Assembly: GCF_018977255.1 (NCBI RefSeq)
Contig: NW_024704752.1
Location: 13,020,001 to 13,084,000 of the forward strand
DNA: 64,000 bases
Source: Callorhinchus milii
Lineage: Eukaryota
Reading direction: 5' to 3'
Below, piece by piece: positions 59,818 through 64,000 of the stretch. Every line of letters begins with the position of its first letter. Within the stretch, counting starts at the first letter, position 1. Below the pieces are notes generated by a model. That model searched no databases and had not been told where the DNA came from. It was given only the letters and a program-made list of their open reading frames with translations. The translations under genes were made by a program, and so were the position numbers.

Positions 59818-59987
59818 TCCCCCCTCCCCACTTTCAAATCCCGCCTAAAGACCTTCCTTTTTGATCGTGCTTATCGTCACCTCCCTCCTACCTCGCTCAC
59901 TGTCTTGGCGTCAGACTCCGCTACTGTCAAGCGCTCCGGGACGCTACCTCGCACGAAGGGCGCTGTGTAAATGCAAGTTGTTGTTGA
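59818..59987 (+). mobile_element. L2 LINE 3' end fragment
   Basis: FKSRLKTFLFDRAY, tail gggcgctgtgtaaatgcaagttgttgttg. Confidence 0.8.
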
Positions 59988-60529
59988 ACAGTGATTTCTC
60001 TGCATGCTGCTTGAACTTCAATTTCCCGCCTGAAGTCCAAAACTGCACTTTTCCTCACTTCCAGTGGCCTCTCTGAATGAGATTGTTAAATTATGGGCAG
60101 TTTGTGTTGTGGGATTCCAATCCTTAACATTAATTGCGTGACACCATCCTAAATTCACTTCAGACCTTACACTAAACATTATCGTGTGCTTATTCCCCCT
60201 CTCCTTATTTCTCCTTAAAGCACCCAGCTCAATTCGTATCTTAATCGTTTAAGTGCAAAACAAAACACGTCTCATAGTCCAGTGTCTTTTTGGGGTCGGG
60301 AAGAGGGATTGCACAGAAAATAAATACTGATATAATACCATATGATAGTAAATTAGACTAATTTGGAATGGAAAAGAACATTTACATTTTGCGCCTATAC
60401 GTATAGGCGTATAAGCAACATGTTAATTTATCAAACAAGCAACTTTACTCTTCCACCAACGTCACCCATACAAAATGAGTACAACTTCCTGTTAATTGGA
60501 ACAGTGAATTAAATTAAACTTTTACTAAC

Positions 60530-61308
60530 CGTGCTCCTGAGAAAGAAAGCGTTTCACTAAAATGGAATTGGTTTCTTGCAGTCTACAGATCAACTCCTCC
60601 AGTCTCTTCACTCGATTTCCGGCACGACTAGTCTGTTTTCTCAGGATCTTGAGCTCTGCGTTCTTTTTCATAACCTGCTCTTTGATGAAGATGCTGTGTG
60701 GTGGAGTCAAGCAATATGAATGCAGAGTGTGGATCAGTTTGCACGCACCGGAGGCAGATGGGATAGCGTCATCAGGAAACAGTATAGCGCTGTCTATCAG
60801 CAACCTTTCGTCACCAGTCGCCTGGCTGTCTTTAGACCTTAATCTACACACTTGGTCAGCATTTGTACAGTCGACCAGTTCTCCTGCCACTGAGGAACTG
60901 CTACCAGCTACCACAGGGCTTTTCTCATGCACGTGGTTGCCATCAATGGATTCAGCATTGAAGTCAGGGAGTCCATCTGTTTCCATCAACCCTTTGCCAT
61001 TGAATGGGCCGCTGGTCGTGCACCGACTTGACAATGCCCCTTCCTCGTTAATCAAAGCCAAAGGTATTTTGACTGCACCTTGACAGCTCGTGCGTATCCT
61101 GTCTACTTTCTTCTGCCGTTCCACGAAGTGGAATATGGAAGGGACGGCACAGGATTTAAGAAGTTGATGTTGGTCCTCCTGGCGCTTTTCAAAGCAATCT
61201 TTGGTGAAATGAGCACTGCACAAGAAGGAAAACTTGGTTGGAATCCAGTTCGTCCGCCCAATAGCGCTGATCCATTTTGCTAACCGATTGGCATCCTTCA
61301 AAGGAAAT
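60530..61308 (-). CDS. THAP4: THAP4 coding exon 2 (rest of the THAP finger, linker, LHSY motif, coiled coil)
   Basis: tcaccag|A...G|gttagt. FPLKDANRLAKWISAIGRTNWIPTKFSFLCSAHFTKDCF...AVPSIF, ASGACKLIHTLHSYC, EQVMKKNAELKILRKQTSR. Confidence 0.94.
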
Positions 61309-61986
61309 CTGGTGAAAGAGAGAAAAAGCCATAGATCAGAATCAACAATCATACGACGATCTGGTTATCCACATCTGACCTGCATTTCATCTGCTGTTTG
61401 TGCAAACCATGAATGTAAACAAACTAAAATTATTTAATAAGGGTAAGTGAGTAGGTGGAGCCTAATTAGAGTATAAATACAGTACTAGCATGGACTAGTT
61501 GGGCCAAATGGCCTGTTTTCGTGGTATACAGTCTATATAAATTACGCAATAAGGAATTTTCTGAAGTTGTGAATGGGCAGAAGATTTACATTTAACGTAG
61601 GGAGCATGTGTGCCAACATCAACCGCACGCACACCTTTCTCTTTTGACACAAAACTCACCAAAACAATCTGGATACACGATCGTACGGTAGAGAAATAAA
61701 TAGAACAAACATATATTAATCTTCGCATTTGATGGACGCAGTGCATCATGTCGTTGTGACATCTCAAAAGCGCTCCACAGAATTTACTGTAAGGTCCAGT
61801 ACTGTAAATCCTTACTATGCGCGTTGGTGGGCGATTGGGGCGGTCGTTTGAGCGCAGCAATGTCCCACAGCCACCAAGTGACCACCCAAATATGGGGGGG
61901 GAAGGGGGAGGAGAAGTGGGAGGACAGTGCAGGAGATAGAAAGGTCTCGTACAACACATAAGATAGTAACTATGGATGATTGGAGT

Positions 61987-62300
61987 ATAATAATAATAAT
62001 CCTTGCATTCGATATAGCGCTTTTCACGTCTTCTCGACGTCTCAAAGCCCTTCGCGGAACGCGCCGCAAAGTGAACCTGACCGTACACTCGCGGGCGAAA
62101 GGCGCGGCGGCCAACCGCGGGCGGCAGCGTCCCCGCAAACAGCCGTGGATCCAAAAGCGACCGATTTATTATCGTTTGGTGGGGGGGGGGGTGGGTGGGT
62201 GGGATTATTATTATTATTATTATTATTATCGGGCGCGTGCGTGGCCAAGGTTTCGCCCCCCGCCCTGGGACCGCAGCCGGGTTCTTCTCGCTTGAGGGCG
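61987..62300 (-). mobile_element. Near-full-length SINE copy, strongly GC-shifted, in THAP4 intron 1
   Basis: Tail aataatccttgcattcgatatagcgcttttcacg; head remnant gcgagaagaacccgg...ggcgaaaccttgg on minus. Confidence 0.8.
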
Positions 62301-62444
62301 GGGAGGTGGGGGAGAGGGGGGAGGGGGGAGGGGGGGGAGAGGGGGGAGGGGGGGTTGACCGAAAAAAAAAGGGGCAACAAAATAAAACAGGGGATTGGTT
62401 GGTTGGTTGATGGATTGAGTGCTCCTCCTGCCTGTGACACCCAC

Positions 62445-62518
62445 CTGTGGAATGAGATGGACTTGGCGACTTTGCCCTGTCTGTTCGTACAAGAATGAGC
62501 CGAACACGATATCACCAT
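62445..62518 (-). CDS. THAP4: THAP domain-containing protein 4, coding exon 1; 6 coding exons, 446 aa
   Basis: ggagATGG; MVISCSAHSCTNRQGKVAKSISFH(R), donor AG|gtgggt; first two Cys of the C2CH THAP finger. Confidence 0.94.
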
Positions 62519-62519
62519 C

Positions 62520-63112
62520 TCCGAGCGGCGCTCACAGGCGCTAACGGCGCGGTTTGTTTTCGAAATAAGAAAAAAGCGAGTCCGTACAGCAAAATGGCGG
62601 AGGCCCAGTCACCTTTCCTTCACCCTTTCGGCGCCGAGAGAGGAAGGTGAACTGCCGTACCCCCGGGGGGGGGCAAGGACAATGGCTCCCTCCTCCCCTT
62701 GGCTCGCTCGCTCGCTCGGTCAGCTACGGGAGCAGCTGTCAAGCGTAAACTCACACGACCCTCTCGGTGATACGGTTCACAACCCCCATTCGGGCGTTTC
62801 GGTTTCTCGCTGACTTTTACGTGACGGACGACAGTGTTGACGTCAACCGAAGAAGTGGTTGTTTTGCCGTACGGCAAGATGGCGCGGACGGAGCTTCCGG
62901 CCACCGACTGACCGCCGCCTCGCCAACACAAACAGACGCTACGGCGCAACCAAACCTGACTTGGGGGTCCAGGCCCCGCCCTCTCCCGCGGCGCGACCGC
63001 GGCACTGACGTCCTTCCCGATTGGCCGGCGGCTCCCGTCAATCAGCGTTGCCGGGGCGCCCACCCTGTCATCAGGTTAGGGTGCGCGCGCTCAGTGACAG
63101 TGCTTTTGCGCC
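62520..63112. promoter_or_regulatory. Bidirectional CpG-island promoter for THAP4 and ATG4B
   Basis: YY1-like AAAATGGCGG 62591-62600 and CAAGATGGCG 62875-62884, CRE TGACGTCA 62838-62845, ETS CTTCCGG near 62895, GC box near 62972, ATTGG 63020-63024. Confidence 0.8.
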
Positions 63113-63122
63113 ATGGATGCGG
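63113..63122 (+). CDS. ATG4B: Cysteine protease ATG4B, first coding exon (10 nt); the rest lies beyond the window
   Basis: gcgccATGG Kozak, ATG GAT GCG G|gtaagt = MDA(A). Matches the short first exon of ATG4B and its head-to-head position with THAP4. Identity rests on synteny plus 3 codons. Confidence 0.8.
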
Positions 63123-63205
63123 GTAAGTGGTCGCGGCCCCGCGCTCCCGTGGCGGTGATTTTTCGGTTTGGTTTCTGAAGCAAAAGGTTGCAATCGGGTC
63201 GCCGC

Positions 63206-63585
63206 TTCCCTGTCAAACCATTCCCTGTCAAACCATTCCCTGTCAAACCATTCCCTGTCAAACCATTCCCTGTCAAACCATTCCCTGTCAAACCATTCCC
63301 TGTCAAACCATTCCCTGTCTCAAACCATTCCCTGTCTCAAACCATTCCCTGTCTCAAACCATTCCCTGTCTCAAACCATTCCCTGTCTCAAACCATTCCC
63401 TGTCTCAAACCATTCCCTGTCTCAAACCATTCCCTGGCAAACCATTCCCTGTCTCAAACCATTCCCTCTCAAACCATTCCCTGTCTCAAACCATTCCCTC
63501 TCAAACCATTCCCTGTCTCAAACCATTCCCTGGCAAACCATTCCCTGTCAAACCATTCCCTGGCAAACCATTCCCTGGCAAACCA
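63206..63585. repeat. 15/17-bp minisatellite (TTCCCTGTC[TC]AAACCA)n in ATG4B intron 1
   Basis: About two dozen near-perfect units. Confidence 0.95.
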
Positions 63586-63689
63586 GGCCGAGTGTCGGGG
63601 GAGGCGGGGACCCGCTGCTCTTGCGGGTCTGGTTCTCCTCTGTTGTTTTCCTGGTGGAGGATGTTCTTTCTCTTTGTGTTATTGTTATT

Positions 63690-63995
63690 GCCCCTCCCCT
63701 GCCCTGCCCCCTGCCCTGCCCCCTGCCCCTACCCCCTGCCCTGCCCCTCCCCTGCCCCAGCCCTGCCCCTACCCCCTGCCCCGCCCCAGCCCTGCCCCTC
63801 CCCTGCCCCTACCCCCTGCCCCTCCCCTGCCCCTACCCCCTGCCCTGCCCCAGCTCTGCCCCTACCCCCTGCCCTGCCCCAGCTCTAACCCACCCCCTGC
63901 CCCAGCCTCTGTGCCCTACCCCCTGCCCCTACGCCCTACCCTGCCCCCAGCCCCTGCCCCCAGCCCTGCCCTGCCTCTGTGCCCTGCCCCGGCTC
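63690..63995. repeat. C-rich (CCCTG/CCCCT) low-complexity repeat
   Basis: Directly visible; G-runs on minus. Confidence 0.85.
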
Positions 63996-64000
63996 CGTCC

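Noticed and set aside
60562-61083. 173-aa plus-strand ORF
   Set aside because: Antisense shadow of THAP4 exon 2.
63127-63888. 253-aa ORF with CQTIP repeats
   Set aside because: Starts inside the ATG4B donor region and translates the minisatellite and C-rich tract.

Overview
Vertebrate genomic DNA, most likely a cartilaginous fish. The abundant tRNA/Deu-domain/L2-tail SINE and shark-type CR1/Penelope repeats suggest a chimaera such as Callorhinchus; this is inference. Exons were read by hand from splice sites and frame continuity. Left to right: the last three coding exons of a TM4SF/L6-family gene (+), a complete two-coding-exon sialidase NEU4 (+, 436 aa), complete STK25 (-, 11 coding exons, 425 aa), complete BOK (+, 213 aa), complete THAP4 (-, THAP zinc finger plus nitrobindin, 446 aa), and the 10-nt first coding exon of ATG4B (+), head-to-head with THAP4 on a CpG-island promoter. 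This is the human 2q37.3 block, with NEU4 relocated. Introns hold SINEs, L2/CR1 fragments, a hAT MITE and compound micro/minisatellites. There are four assembly gaps. Best leads: a Penelope-type inverted repeat with an intact minimal hammerhead-ribozyme core on the STK25 pre-mRNA strand; a candidate internal first exon giving a stand-alone nitrobindin; a CCaaX tail on NEU4; an inverted SINE pair in the NEU4 3' UTR; back-to-back BOK/THAP4 poly(A) signals; and candidate alternative STK25 first and last exons. No database search or folding calculation was run.
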